A stretch of 64,000 nt of DNA from IMGVR_UViG_3300009545_000018:248001-312000; one strand, 5' to 3'. Counted from the stretch's first letter, positions 9,542-19,814 are shown. The notes: generated by a model from the sequence alone, not told the origin. Translations and numbers: made by a program.

Positions 9542-10295
9542 TTTAGAAAAGATATTAGACGCCTGTAAATATTTATTACAACAGTATCCTGAAGCCGCCG
9601 CGTGTCAAGAATATTTAAATTCTAGAATTGATAAAAAAACTCAAGAAATTTTTCAATTTGGTTATTTTCCTTCAATTAATAATATTAAAGCAATTATTTC
9701 TTTGGTTGGAGAAGATGCTCTTAAAGAAGAAGGCTTCCTCTTTTCAAAAGAAATAGAAGATTCATTATATCCTAGAATATTAAATTTTTGTTATTTTGAA
9801 GATTATCAAGCTATAATTCCATTTAAAGATTGTTATGGTAATGTAGTTGGTTTAGTTGGTAGAACTATTTTATCTGAGGAAGAAAGAAAAGATAAAAATA
9901 TTTCAAAATATAAAAATAGTTATTTTAGTAAAACACATCACATTTTTGGTTTATTTGAAAATAAGAAGGCTATTTTAGATAAAGATTGTGTTTTTCTAGT
10001 CGAAGGGCAGCTTGATGTTATTAAGGCTTATGAAAAAGGTTTTGATAACGTATTAGGTATTGGTTCGGCTAGTTTGTCAATGCATCAATTCTCTTTGATA
10101 ACAAGATATACTAATAATATATTTTTGTTACTTGATGCGGATGAGGCGGGAGAGAAAGGTAGAAAAAGGATTATAAATAAATTTGGCAAATATGCCAACA
10201 TCCAAAATTTTTATCTCCCCAAAGGATACAAAGATATAGATGAATATCTTAAGGTTATTCCTTATGAAAACATGGAATTACTTATTTCTAATTGA
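9534..10295 (+). CDS. dnaG: DNA primase catalytic core (TOPRIM), lacking N-terminal CHC2 Zn domain
   Basis: YLNSR, FQFGY, IIPFKD..GNVVGLVGR, KYKNS, LVEGQLD, LDADEAG, KDIDEY. Confidence 0.88.
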   Translation: MNNLEKILDACKYLLQQYPEAAACQEYLNSRIDKKTQEIFQFGYFPSINNIKAIISLVGEDALKEEGFLFSKEIEDSLYPRILNFCYFEDYQAIIPFKDCYGNVVGLVGRTILSEEERKDKNISKYKNSYFSKTHHIFGLFENKKAILDKDCVFLVEGQLDVIKAYEKGFDNVLGIGSASLSMHQFSLITRYTNNIFLLLDADEAGEKGRKRIINKFGKYANIQNFYLPKGYKDIDEYLKVIPYENMELLISN

Positions 10296-10307
10296 TATAT
10301 ACTTGTT

Positions 10308-10394
10308 GTGTATAAAACTGCTTTGGCTAAACAATTTAATTGTAGTAAAACTACTATTAGATATATATTGTTGAGACATAAGGTAGAATTATAA
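10308..10394 (+). pseudogene. 28-codon HTH micro-ORF or homing-endonuclease HTH relic
   Basis: GTG..TAA translates VYKTALAKQFNCSKTTIRYILLRHKVEL, resembling the HTH repeats of 45450..46496. Confidence 0.45.
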
Positions 10395-10404
10395 AAGGAG
10401 TATT

Positions 10405-10845
10405 ATGGAAAAGAGAAAGAATCGCTCAGATAAGTACCAGTACATACTATTAGAAACTGTATGTTCTAATGATATGATGGAAGCATTTTGTAATGAAGAT
10501 TCCATATCAGCTAGATTAAACCCATTTGATTATAATGAAACTCTTATTGAGTTAGAAGAACAACTTAAAGTTGAATTCTGGAGAGTAGTTGATACATTAT
10601 TAACTCCAAGACAAAAAGAAGTAATTAGACTTTATGCTGATGGCTATACTCAAATGGAAATAGCTAAAATGCTAAATGTGAATCAAAGCAGTATAACAAA
10701 AAGTTTGAACGGAAATGTAGATTATAAGAATGGGAAAAAAGTTTATGGCGGCGCTAGGAAAAAGATAAGAAAGATAATAGAGAATGATGACAAAATTAAA
10801 GATATCCTTAATAAAATGCAGGCTGCACGAGATGAAAAATGGTAA
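10405..10845 (+). CDS. Sigma-70 region 4-type HTH protein
   Basis: LTPRQKEVIRLYADGYTQMEIAKMLNVNQSSI. Confidence 0.8.
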   Translation: MEKRKNRSDKYQYILLETVCSNDMMEAFCNEDSISARLNPFDYNETLIELEEQLKVEFWRVVDTLLTPRQKEVIRLYADGYTQMEIAKMLNVNQSSITKSLNGNVDYKNGKKVYGGARKKIRKIIENDDKIKDILNKMQAARDEKW

Positions 10846-10894
10846 AAAGAAAGAAAAAGAGCAAAAACGAAAAGTGTTTGATATATGATCTTTT

Positions 10895-11776
10895 ATGAAA
10901 AATTGTTCTTTATGTAAAGAAGAAAAATTAGAATCAGAATTTCCTAAACAAGCTAAAGCTCCAGATAAATTACATTATTGGTGCCGAGAATGTTTTAAAA
11001 AATATAGAAAAAATAGACGAGAAAAAGATCCTCAAGGACATAAAGATTATACAAATGCCCGGAGGGAGAATCGTATTTCCTGGCTTCAAGATCTGAAATC
11101 TAATACTCCATGTATGGATTGTGGTCAAATTTATGAACCCTTTTGTATGGATTATGATCATGTGCCTGAAAAAGGTTTAAAAATAAAACCAGTAACTCGT
11201 ATGTTATTAGATAACTCTCCTAAAGAAATTATTTTAGAAGAAATTAAAAAATGCGATTTAATTTGTTTATTGTGTCATAATAAAAGAACATATGATAGAT
11301 TTAATGAAAAATTAGGAGATGATAGAAAATATCGGGCACACCAAATCAGAAATATTAATATTATAAACGATTTTAAAGATAAACCTTGTAATATCTGTGA
11401 AATTCAATATGAACTATATAATATGCAGATTGATCATATAGATCCTTCAACAAAATTGTATGATGTTTGCGATCTTAAAAATTATAAAGAATCTACTTTA
11501 TTGTCTGAGTTATCCAAGTGTCAAGTATTATGCGCCTTATGTCATCGTAGAAAATCTATTGAAGAGCAGCAAGATGATAAATATAATGTTGAAAGGCAGC
11601 TCGCACCCAAAAGAATAGAATTATTTTATGATTCTATTGCTAACACTAAAGAGTGTGGAAGATGTCATGAAATTAAAGATAGTTCATGTTTTAGAATTAA
11701 TAAGAAAACTAAATCAGGTTTAGATACTTATTGTAAAGATTGTTTTAATGAGTATAGACGTGAAAGAAGAAAATGA
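10895..11776 (+). CDS. HNH endonuclease with two tandem HNH domains between two Zn ribbons
   Basis: PCMDC..DYDH..KCDLICLLCH and PCNIC..QIDH..KCQVLCALCH; terminal CxxC..CxxC ribbons. Confidence 0.85.
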   Translation: MKNCSLCKEEKLESEFPKQAKAPDKLHYWCRECFKKYRKNRREKDPQGHKDYTNARRENRISWLQDLKSNTPCMDCGQIYEPFCMDYDHVPEKGLKIKPVTRMLLDNSPKEIILEEIKKCDLICLLCHNKRTYDRFNEKLGDDRKYRAHQIRNINIINDFKDKPCNICEIQYELYNMQIDHIDPSTKLYDVCDLKNYKESTLLSELSKCQVLCALCHRRKSIEEQQDDKYNVERQLAPKRIELFYDSIANTKECGRCHEIKDSSCFRINKKTKSGLDTYCKDCFNEYRRERRK

Positions 11777-12030
11777 CTTTAATACCTTTTGGTCCATATA
11801 GGCTCCCCTCATGCGATTCTTTTGCTAAAGAAGTTGAAGAGGGTGGAATTAAATATACTAAGATAATTTATTCTGATGGTTGTAGTTGGTATGTAAATGG
11901 AAAGTTACATCGTGAAAATGGTCCTGCAGTTATAGATATGTGGAATAAAACACAAAAGTATTATTTAAATGGGGAAGAGGTTTCCAAGGAAGATTTTCCT
12001 AAAAAATTAAAACTTTCTGCTTTTTGGTAA
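11773..12030 (+). CDS. Small phage protein with GKLHRENGPA repeat unit
   Basis: WYVNGKLHRENGPAVI..YYLNG. Confidence 0.7.
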   Translation: MTLIPFGPYRLPSCDSFAKEVEEGGIKYTKIIYSDGCSWYVNGKLHRENGPAVIDMWNKTQKYYLNGEEVSKEDFPKKLKLSAFW

Positions 12031-12132
12031 TATTTTGGAAAATATAAGTAGCTTTAATTATTAATAAAGCAGACAATATTATCAATATTTCTCTATTTAA
12101 GGTAGGGACTTATTAGGTTTACGGGAGAAGTA

Positions 12133-12594
12133 ATGACAAAGTTTGCAGTCGATTACACAGGTGTTGAGAATAAAATCTATAAAAAAGCTTATAGACTTGC
12201 TGACGTCAAAGACCAACTTGAGACCGTAGCATTTGATATTGTTAGATTTAAAGATCAAGATAAAGGGGCTGAACTTTGGCAAGTACAAAGTGCAGATGAT
12301 GGTGATTATATTGTTGCCATTTATGACAATGACGCTGAAGAAATGAAATCTGAAGCTGCTTGGGATGTTTTTGTTTCAAAAACAGCGGGAGATTTACAAA
12401 TTTCTTATAAAGGTGAACCGCTTGTTAAGGTAGCTGCATCCAAATTAGGAATTCCGGCAAAAGAATTACATAAAGTTTCTAGCTATTTACCAACAAAATT
12501 AGCTGAAAATAAAAAATTGGTAAATGCTTTATTAAATCAATTATCTCCATCAGCTAAAAAAGAGGTATTACTTAAGTACCCAGAGTTAGTTTAA
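12133..12594 (+). CDS. Hypothetical head-cluster protein
   Basis: GGAG RBS; several hydrophobic-x-K-x-A motifs. Confidence 0.7.
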   Translation: MTKFAVDYTGVENKIYKKAYRLADVKDQLETVAFDIVRFKDQDKGAELWQVQSADDGDYIVAIYDNDAEEMKSEAAWDVFVSKTAGDLQISYKGEPLVKVAASKLGIPAKELHKVSSYLPTKLAENKKLVNALLNQLSPSAKKEVLLKYPELV

Positions 12595-12609
12595 CAAATA
12601 GGACGCTAA

Positions 12610-14220
12610 ATGAGCCACGAAAAATTAAATCAACTAGTTGGTTTTATAGCTAAGAACCTGGATGATAATGAAAAATTAGCAACACCAGTTCTTGCTGCCA
12701 AATTAGCAAAATGTGTGGAAGCATTTCCCCATGATCAAACTGTTGGAGCAATTGCCACTGTTATCGATAAAATGGCAGTTAATAACACATTATTCATTCG
12801 TAAGGCTGATTTAAAGTCTCTTTATAATAAGCTTTACTCAAGAAATACTAAATTTGCAGAATTATTTAAAGATGAACTAGGATTAAAAGAGGAAGCTTCT
12901 TCTATTACTACTTATAAACGAGATGATGCTGTTGAAGTTAAAACTTATGAAGTTGCAGATCCGGTATTAGCAAACGCCTTAACTAGTGCTTTTGATAGTA
13001 GTGTTCCATTAAAAGAATATTCTCAAGTTTTAGCCACTAAAGCTCTTAAGTCAGTATCATCAACATTAAGTGGTTGGAATTTAAGACCAACTACACTTGA
13101 TATAGAAAATGGTAATGATAAATTTTTTGTATTAAAGGCTAATTATGAGACTCCAAAGGGCATTACTAGCATTTTAATTCCAGTAGAAGTTCATAATCAA
13201 AATGTTGTGGAAGCATCTTTATTTATGGGGAATACTGGTCCAGAAGAATTAAACCACGTTAATATTAAGAATTACTTAACAAGTGGTGTCGGATTAAAAT
13301 TAAAAGTTAGTGCAGCCAATGTTTTTGATGCATTAAATAATACTTCCATTAAAACTTTTGAACTTTCAGATGCAGAATTGGCATTAACTAAATTAAATGC
13401 TAAAAGAGAAGCTAATACAGAATTTTCTCAAAATCAAATTGTTGGTCAAGAAGTTGAACAAACATATAATGATGTTGTTCTTCCAGAACATCAAGACTTT
13501 ACTACTTTTGAGGCTCAATTGGAGAGTCCTCATGGTCAAGCTTATTGGCAACATGGTGCGGCTGTAACCGCAGGAATTTCTTATTTAAATAGAGAAATAA
13601 CTTCTTTTGGATTTAAAAACCCACAAATAGCAGTTGCTAAGAGTGATAAGAATACTGTTTACTACAGCGTAGCTGTTGATGGTGGAAGAATTGGATTTAC
13701 AGTTCCAATTAAAATTGCCAATAATAAAGTTATAATTCCAACTATTATGTTATGTAATGGAAGTGTGGCAGCATTTGACGCTAATACAATTAATAAATTA
13801 CGAGTAAATAATGCATCAGATTTTAAGGCGGCAGCTGTTGCTTCCCCACAATTTGCACTTAAACCAAGTGATCTAGTCAATAATATAAGAATTGCTCTAG
13901 CTGAAGGTAATCATTCTAAAGCAGAGGATGCTTTAAATGTATTATCTAATACTGGAGATACAAAAGCTTATGCGACTGGCTTTCAAATGTATTTAGATGG
14001 TTTAACTGGAAAAACAGCAGAAGTATCTACTGATAAAGAAGCTAAATGCTGTCTTATCATTAAGAGTGCTAATAGTCAACATCCAGTATGTGGTCATACT
14101 AATTTACCACTTCATAAGGTCTATCAAGATAAGCATGGAAATTGCTTACCTCTTTACAGAAGAGACATGGATGAGACCTATGATGGTGCAACATTCATGA
14201 ACTCCAAAATCTTTGGATAA
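12610..14220 (+). CDS. Hypothetical head-cluster protein with internal duplication and C-terminal Cys/His cluster
   Basis: ILIPVEVHNQNV vs FTVPIKIANNKV units; CC..HPVCGH..H..GNC. Confidence 0.7.
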   Translation: MSHEKLNQLVGFIAKNLDDNEKLATPVLAAKLAKCVEAFPHDQTVGAIATVIDKMAVNNTLFIRKADLKSLYNKLYSRNTKFAELFKDELGLKEEASSITTYKRDDAVEVKTYEVADPVLANALTSAFDSSVPLKEYSQVLATKALKSVSSTLSGWNLRPTTLDIENGNDKFFVLKANYETPKGITSILIPVEVHNQNVVEASLFMGNTGPEELNHVNIKNYLTSGVGLKLKVSAANVFDALNNTSIKTFELSDAELALTKLNAKREANTEFSQNQIVGQEVEQTYNDVVLPEHQDFTTFEAQLESPHGQAYWQHGAAVTAGISYLNREITSFGFKNPQIAVAKSDKNTVYYSVAVDGGRIGFTVPIKIANNKVIIPTIMLCNGSVAAFDANTINKLRVNNASDFKAAAVASPQFALKPSDLVNNIRIALAEGNHSKAEDALNVLSNTGDTKAYATGFQMYLDGLTGKTAEVSTDKEAKCCLIIKSANSQHPVCGHTNLPLHKVYQDKHGNCLPLYRRDMDETYDGATFMNSKIFG

Positions 14221-14222
14221 TC

Positions 14223-15119
14223 ATGAGAATATATAGATTAGCCACTTTATTTAATGTAAAATATAAATTTGCTGGAGATGTTGACAATCTTGAATCATCT
14301 CTGCGCAAAAATATTGAAACATTATGGAGATATCCAAATAGATTATTTCCAGTATTGAGAGCTTGTGCAGATTCTGGAGCTAGCACAGGTAAAGTTAAAA
14401 ATCCACATGAAAGAAAAGCCATAGCTGGATTTAAATTTTGTAAAAGATTATTAGAATTAATTGAGATATTAAATAACAATAAAGAAAATTTTTCTTTAGG
14501 AGAAATTAGAGAGATATTGTTAGTAATTGTTAATTTAATTGAACAAAATAAAGATTTGTCTTTTAGTATTGAAGGAAAGCCAACTACTAAAGGAACCTCT
14601 GATTTAGTAGCAACTCAGTTCCCTCATGTTTCGGCTCTTATTTTTGAAATGATACCCATCATTAAAAGACGTGATATCAAAGCTAGAAATGATATGCAAG
14701 GCAAAGCCAGAACAGGTTTGTCTAGAATTTTTAGTTTATCTAGCACAATGTTAGATCAAATTAAACAATTAGAAGTAATGGCTCCAGAAAAATTCACTTA
14801 CAATAGCTCAGTTGTTGATATTGACCAAGAGACTCCTAATAGATTTACTCCTCAACGAGCACCATTGGCAACTAATGATATTATTGATTTTATTAGACAG
14901 CATGGTGACGATTATGGATTATCTTCTAAAGAAGATTGGAATACTGTATTTGAACATGATCCGGTATTAAGGGAAGAAATAACTACCATTATTAATGCTT
15001 TAAATAGAGGACATAATCCAGAAAATGGATTTGCTGTCAAAAAAGAAATACAAGATATTCTACAAAAACATAAAGAGCTACAATCAACAAATGCTCATCT
15101 TTTTGAAGAAGTAGAATAA
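14223..15119 (+). CDS. Hypothetical head-cluster protein
   Basis: 298-aa ORF in operon. Confidence 0.7.
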   Translation: MRIYRLATLFNVKYKFAGDVDNLESSLRKNIETLWRYPNRLFPVLRACADSGASTGKVKNPHERKAIAGFKFCKRLLELIEILNNNKENFSLGEIREILLVIVNLIEQNKDLSFSIEGKPTTKGTSDLVATQFPHVSALIFEMIPIIKRRDIKARNDMQGKARTGLSRIFSLSSTMLDQIKQLEVMAPEKFTYNSSVVDIDQETPNRFTPQRAPLATNDIIDFIRQHGDDYGLSSKEDWNTVFEHDPVLREEITTIINALNRGHNPENGFAVKKEIQDILQKHKELQSTNAHLFEEVE

Positions 15120-15128
15120 GGAGCACTT

Positions 15129-15845
15129 ATGAGAATTGCAGAACTATTAAATTCTATAGCATCTTGGCTGGAAAGTCCAAACAATGAAGCTTTATTATTA
15201 GCAGAATATGACGAAGAGTGTTTAAAAGTTGTAGCAGAGTCTTGTGTTGCTGCTGCCACCGCTTTAAAAACAGCTGCCATTGAAGTTGAAGCTATTGAGC
15301 CTTTACCAAAATCTGTTATCACACCAGAATCAATAGAAGAAATTGCGGCATTAGCCTCTGCGTTAGATGCCTCAGGTGATCCTTCCCTTATAAAACAAGC
15401 GTCAGTATTAGATGAATTATTGCTTACAGTGGCATCTCCCCCAAATGCTTTGCAAGATAAAAAAGCAGCTCAAGATAAAAAAATTGATGAATTAACAAAA
15501 AAGTATCATAGTGCTCAAAAAGAATTAGATGAAACTCATAAAATTGCAGATTCTATTAAAGATATTGAAAAAAGCAATATGACTAAAGAGTATAGAATAT
15601 TAGAAGCTCCACTTCAAACTAGAAGTTGTCCAGATCATAGTGGAGTACAAATGGCTAGGGTGGGAGATGATTTATGGCAGTGTGAATTAGATAAAAAAAC
15701 TTATTCTTATTCAAATGGTTATACATTAAATGATGGAACTAAAGTTCCAGGTGGTGATGTTGCTAATCAAACTCAAGGACTAGATTATACTACACATTCA
15801 ATCTTTGATACTCGTTCCGGGCGCTTACAAACAAATCAGGCTTAA
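15129..15845 (+). CDS. Hypothetical protein with C-terminal Zn-ribbon-like motif
   Basis: TRSCPDH...WQCELD; LASALDASG..LIKQASVLDEL hairpin. Confidence 0.7.
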   Translation: MRIAELLNSIASWLESPNNEALLLAEYDEECLKVVAESCVAAATALKTAAIEVEAIEPLPKSVITPESIEEIAALASALDASGDPSLIKQASVLDELLLTVASPPNALQDKKAAQDKKIDELTKKYHSAQKELDETHKIADSIKDIEKSNMTKEYRILEAPLQTRSCPDHSGVQMARVGDDLWQCELDKKTYSYSNGYTLNDGTKVPGGDVANQTQGLDYTTHSIFDTRSGRLQTNQA

Positions 15846-15896
15846 ATTTAAATAATATAATTATATCAACATTCATAATTTGATATATTATAAGTA

Positions 15897-16652
15897 ATGA
15901 ATAAAACAGCCTTAAAAAAGATAATTGAGCACCCCGACAAAGACGAATTTATTTCTAAATTAGTTATGGGGTTTTCACCCAAAGATGTTCATGATTGGCT
16001 AGCAGCCAAATATACCAATGTGAGCGAATCTAAATTTGTTATTTCAGAAAACAGTATAAAATCTTTTCAATCCAATTATTTGGATATTTATAATATTATT
16101 CAAGAAGATTTAACAAAAACACGAGTTGCTATTAATAACTCTGCTGAAGATCAATTAGAGTTTGCAGTTAATAATTCTCAAGCTTATAAAGATTTGATGG
16201 TTAAAACAGCCAATGAAGAATTAGACATTAGACAGACAGTCAAGAGATTATGTGTTGCTATTGAAACACGTTTGGGTCAAGTGTTTGATGAAATTCAAGA
16301 AGATCCAAGAAATATTAATACCAAAATAGATAGAATATTTTTGGAATATGCAGAGGTATTAGGTAATATTTTAGAAAAATATTATAAATTCACAGAGGCT
16401 CCCGCCGATCAAATTGTTCAGCATAATGTTACTTTACAAGTAGTAGATCAGCATATTTCTGTATTTCATGATGTAATAAAAGACGTTTTATCTCAGATGG
16501 ATTTAGAGACTTCTTTGTATTTTATGGAAGTATTTAATGATAAAATGGCTAAGTTAAAACCACCCTCTCAGCAAGCTGTTATTCCATCAGAAGCCAGATT
16601 GGCAGAAGCCAAATTATTAAGCGAAAACATTAATAAAAAATTAAGCGAGTAA
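15897..16652 (+). CDS. Possible terminase small subunit (N-terminal HTH, helical body)
   Basis: IIEHPDKDEFISKLVMGFSPKDVHDWL; located upstream of terL; assignment inferred. Confidence 0.4.
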   Translation: MNKTALKKIIEHPDKDEFISKLVMGFSPKDVHDWLAAKYTNVSESKFVISENSIKSFQSNYLDIYNIIQEDLTKTRVAINNSAEDQLEFAVNNSQAYKDLMVKTANEELDIRQTVKRLCVAIETRLGQVFDEIQEDPRNINTKIDRIFLEYAEVLGNILEKYYKFTEAPADQIVQHNVTLQVVDQHISVFHDVIKDVLSQMDLETSLYFMEVFNDKMAKLKPPSQQAVIPSEARLAEAKLLSENINKKLSE

Positions 16653-16654
16653 AC

Positions 16655-18460
16655 ATGTTTAAATATTCAAAAAAAAATATTAATGTTTGGGAAACTCCTG
16701 ATAACGATTATAATAATCAATTATCTGTACCCTCTTCTGATGAGGATCTAATGTTATCATCAGAATTAGAATCAAAAATTGAAAATTTATTAAAATTTTT
16801 CAATGAAACTGGGATTAATTATGAAAAATATAATCCAGAAGATATTCCAAAACTTGATTTTAATAAAAAAGATGCCTATCCCAATTATCAACAATATATG
16901 CATGTTCCTGGACAACATGATACTAAAAAATGGTTACAAGCCGTTAAAGACGTATATTATAAAGAGAAAAATGGATCAGATAGAATCCAAGCTATACGCC
17001 AAACTACTGGTAGTTGGAACTTAATGGAAATTCATGATTTTCTTAATTGGCTTAAATTTTATGAAGAAGGTAATCACTTGAAATATAAAAAAGCACAAGT
17101 ATGGTATGAAAATGGCACACCAGGTTATTTTTTACATATCAAACAAGATCCGCCAAAAAAAGAAGAAACTGCTATAAATGGAAAAGATATTGATTTTGCC
17201 CGTGCCGAATCAAATAATGAAATGCCAACTTCTGAGAAAAAACAAATTATTGAAAAACAAAGACATAAAATAATTGGAAGATTAGATTCGGCTGAAAAAT
17301 TATTAAGATCCCAAGAAGGACAAATGTTTGCCGGCAAAGAATTAGAATCTTTAATGGAATCTATTTACAATTTAAAAAAGAAAATTCAATTAGTTAACAA
17401 ATTAAGCTCTACAAATAAATTATATGAAGATATGATTATTCGTGAAGCTAATAGTTTGTATAAACGTGGATTTACTAAAGCTTATAATTTATTGTATTCT
17501 GTTGCAGAAGAGCAAAACTCTCCAAGTATGAAACCAACTGATAAAATACCAACACCAAAATCTCCAGGAATGCCATATAGTGCAACTGGTGATGTAGGTG
17601 GTTTACCTTCTGTTGGTCCAGGAATGCCTCAAACTCCTCCAGATAGTGCTCCTAATGAAATGCCACCCAAACCCCAATCAAAGGCTATAGATAAATTTTT
17701 AGAAAATTTAGATACTGCAAAAATCACTACTAAAGAAGATAAAAATGATAATATGGATGTAGAAGATAATTTGGAGGTTAATGATGAGCTGCTTGTTGCT
17801 GAGGCGCAAGAAATTCCCCCTGCTGTAAAACCAAAAGCTACAGTTGCACCAATTACTTCAGAAGTTCCTAAAAAAGATACTTCTTTAGAAGTTAATGAAG
17901 AAGATGTAGTTAAAAGTAAAGAATCTCCAACTGCATCTGCAAAAGATTTTGATAATATGATTGATGCGGCTTTTGCCAATTTAACAGTTGATGATGTTGT
18001 TCTTAAATTAGAAGATTTAGCTAAAATCTTTAAAACCAGAGAAATTTCTAGACAATTATCTATTGTTGATATGATGTTAGATAGTTTGGGGTTAGCTTCA
18101 TATTTTCCATCCTTATCAGAAGCTCAAAATAAATCATTAGAATCTACCAATTATATTTCTACTCGTATAGAAGAGATTTTGTCTCAACTTCGTGGAGCAA
18201 CTGTTACTAAAGAAATTGATTTACGTGGGGATAAGAAAGAAACTAATCCGGCTGTTGAAAATATTAAAAATGTTCTAAAACAAAATGAAGAAAAAGAGAA
18301 GGCTAGAAAAGAACAAAGAAAACAACAACAAGATGCAGAATTAGATAATGCAGGTTCTCCAAATAAAGAAACTCCAGAAATTGAAATAAATGAAGATTTA
18401 GCGGCACCAGCAGTTCCAGCACCAAAGCCAACTACTCCAGTTAAGACACCAGTTGTATAA
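16655..18460 (+). CDS. Hypothetical head-cluster protein, Pro-rich and acidic disordered regions
   Basis: 601-aa ORF. Confidence 0.7.
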   Translation: MFKYSKKNINVWETPDNDYNNQLSVPSSDEDLMLSSELESKIENLLKFFNETGINYEKYNPEDIPKLDFNKKDAYPNYQQYMHVPGQHDTKKWLQAVKDVYYKEKNGSDRIQAIRQTTGSWNLMEIHDFLNWLKFYEEGNHLKYKKAQVWYENGTPGYFLHIKQDPPKKEETAINGKDIDFARAESNNEMPTSEKKQIIEKQRHKIIGRLDSAEKLLRSQEGQMFAGKELESLMESIYNLKKKIQLVNKLSSTNKLYEDMIIREANSLYKRGFTKAYNLLYSVAEEQNSPSMKPTDKIPTPKSPGMPYSATGDVGGLPSVGPGMPQTPPDSAPNEMPPKPQSKAIDKFLENLDTAKITTKEDKNDNMDVEDNLEVNDELLVAEAQEIPPAVKPKATVAPITSEVPKKDTSLEVNEEDVVKSKESPTASAKDFDNMIDAAFANLTVDDVVLKLEDLAKIFKTREISRQLSIVDMMLDSLGLASYFPSLSEAQNKSLESTNYISTRIEEILSQLRGATVTKEIDLRGDKKETNPAVENIKNVLKQNEEKEKARKEQRKQQQDAELDNAGSPNKETPEIEINEDLAAPAVPAPKPTTPVKTPVV

Positions 18461-18469
18461 TGGATTTAA

Positions 18470-19243
18470 ATGAAATTAAAAGAATTACTTTCTCAAATTA
18501 CAACTGTACAAGAGAAGATTGGAGCATCTCCTTGTTATTTATGTGGCGGAGTTCCCAGAGATCGTTATTTAAATCATTTAGAAAATATTTCAGATATAGA
18601 TTTAACTACCGGTGATAAAACTGTAGAATATTTATCACAAGAATTTACTACTGAATTACAAAAAAAATATAATGTAACCAGAACTGTTATGTCTGATGGA
18701 CATAGTAGTATTTTTATTGGAAGTCTAAAAGTAGATTTTTCCTCTAATTATAATGTTCCTAATATTGATTATTATTTAAATAAATTATCAATTATAAATC
18801 CAACAGAAATGCAAAAAGAAATGTTTAGTAGAGATTTTACTTGTAATGCATTGTTATTATCTTTAGATTTAAAAAATGTAATAGATCCTACACATAGAAG
18901 TTTTAAAGATATTGATAAAAAAATTATAAAAACTTGTTTGGATCCTGAAATAACATTAACTAATAATCGCAATAGGGTTATTAGGGCTATTTATTTGGCT
19001 TGTAAATTAGATTTTACAATTGATGACAGTATTATTAAATATGTCCAATTGCATCCGGAATCTGTAAAAATATCTACTAATAAAGTGATGTCTGAAAAAT
19101 TAAATGAAGCTTTTAAAAGAAACCCAGATAAAGCTTCGTATTATTTAACAAAAATGAATTTATGGAACTATGTTCCTATTACAGAAATAGTATATCCTTA
19201 CTACATTGCGCATGTAAAAAGTGAGGAAAATGTCAAAAAATAA
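18470..19243 (+). CDS. Divergent class II nucleotidyltransferase (CCA/poly(A) polymerase family)
   Basis: CGGVPRD..DIDLTT, SRDFTCNAL; EDxxR replaced by NNRNR. Confidence 0.85.
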   Translation: MKLKELLSQITTVQEKIGASPCYLCGGVPRDRYLNHLENISDIDLTTGDKTVEYLSQEFTTELQKKYNVTRTVMSDGHSSIFIGSLKVDFSSNYNVPNIDYYLNKLSIINPTEMQKEMFSRDFTCNALLLSLDLKNVIDPTHRSFKDIDKKIIKTCLDPEITLTNNRNRVIRAIYLACKLDFTIDDSIIKYVQLHPESVKISTNKVMSEKLNEAFKRNPDKASYYLTKMNLWNYVPITEIVYPYYIAHVKSEENVKK

Positions 19244-19814
19244 AAATCATGAATTAGATAAAGCTAGATTTAATGAGCCATTTTTTAAAAATTATAATTT
19301 ATATGATACTGATGGAAAATCAGGTCCTGGTACTGGGCTTTATCAACATATGGATGAATATAAAAGCGTAGCTGATTTTTTAAAAAAGAAAAGAAAAAGA
19401 AAATCTAAAAAGGCTAATTTAAGAATTAAAATATTAAAATCATTATTAAAAACAGCTATTGATTTTCCGGTAGATGAATCATTTAAAGATCCAATTCAAC
19501 TTGAAGAAAATAATTCTATACAAACAGCTTTGCCTATGGGTGGATTTGCTGATGAATATATTCCTGAAAATGATCAGGAGGACAAAATGCCTACAACTTT
19601 AAATTTTGGCGAAGATTATCAAAATAATGGTAAAGAATCCGAAACTATAGAAGATTTTTTAGAAAAAGTTAATCCAAGCGAATCTCCTATTTTAGGTTTA
19701 CCTGATGGTATGGATCCAGAAGAAGAGACTGCTGATAAGACACTTAGTAATAGATCTCCAGATTATGGAACCACCGATTCTGGCAATAAATTATACGATA
19801 ATATCTCTTTTTAA
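19230..19814 (+). CDS. Hypothetical protein, basic N-half and acidic C-half
   Basis: GAGG RBS before ATG 19230; charge switch at LLKTA. Confidence 0.65.
   Translation: MSKNKNHELDKARFNEPFFKNYNLYDTDGKSGPGTGLYQHMDEYKSVADFLKKKRKRKSKKANLRIKILKSLLKTAIDFPVDESFKDPIQLEENNSIQTALPMGGFADEYIPENDQEDKMPTTLNFGEDYQNNGKESETIEDFLEKVNPSESPILGLPDGMDPEEETADKTLSNRSPDYGTTDSGNKLYDNISF

Noticed and set aside
1-10845. Bacterial chromosome origin for dnaE/recA/dnaJ/dnaG
   Set aside because: Genes are divergent, mixed with gp32-like SSB and orphan ORFs, and contiguous with virion genes
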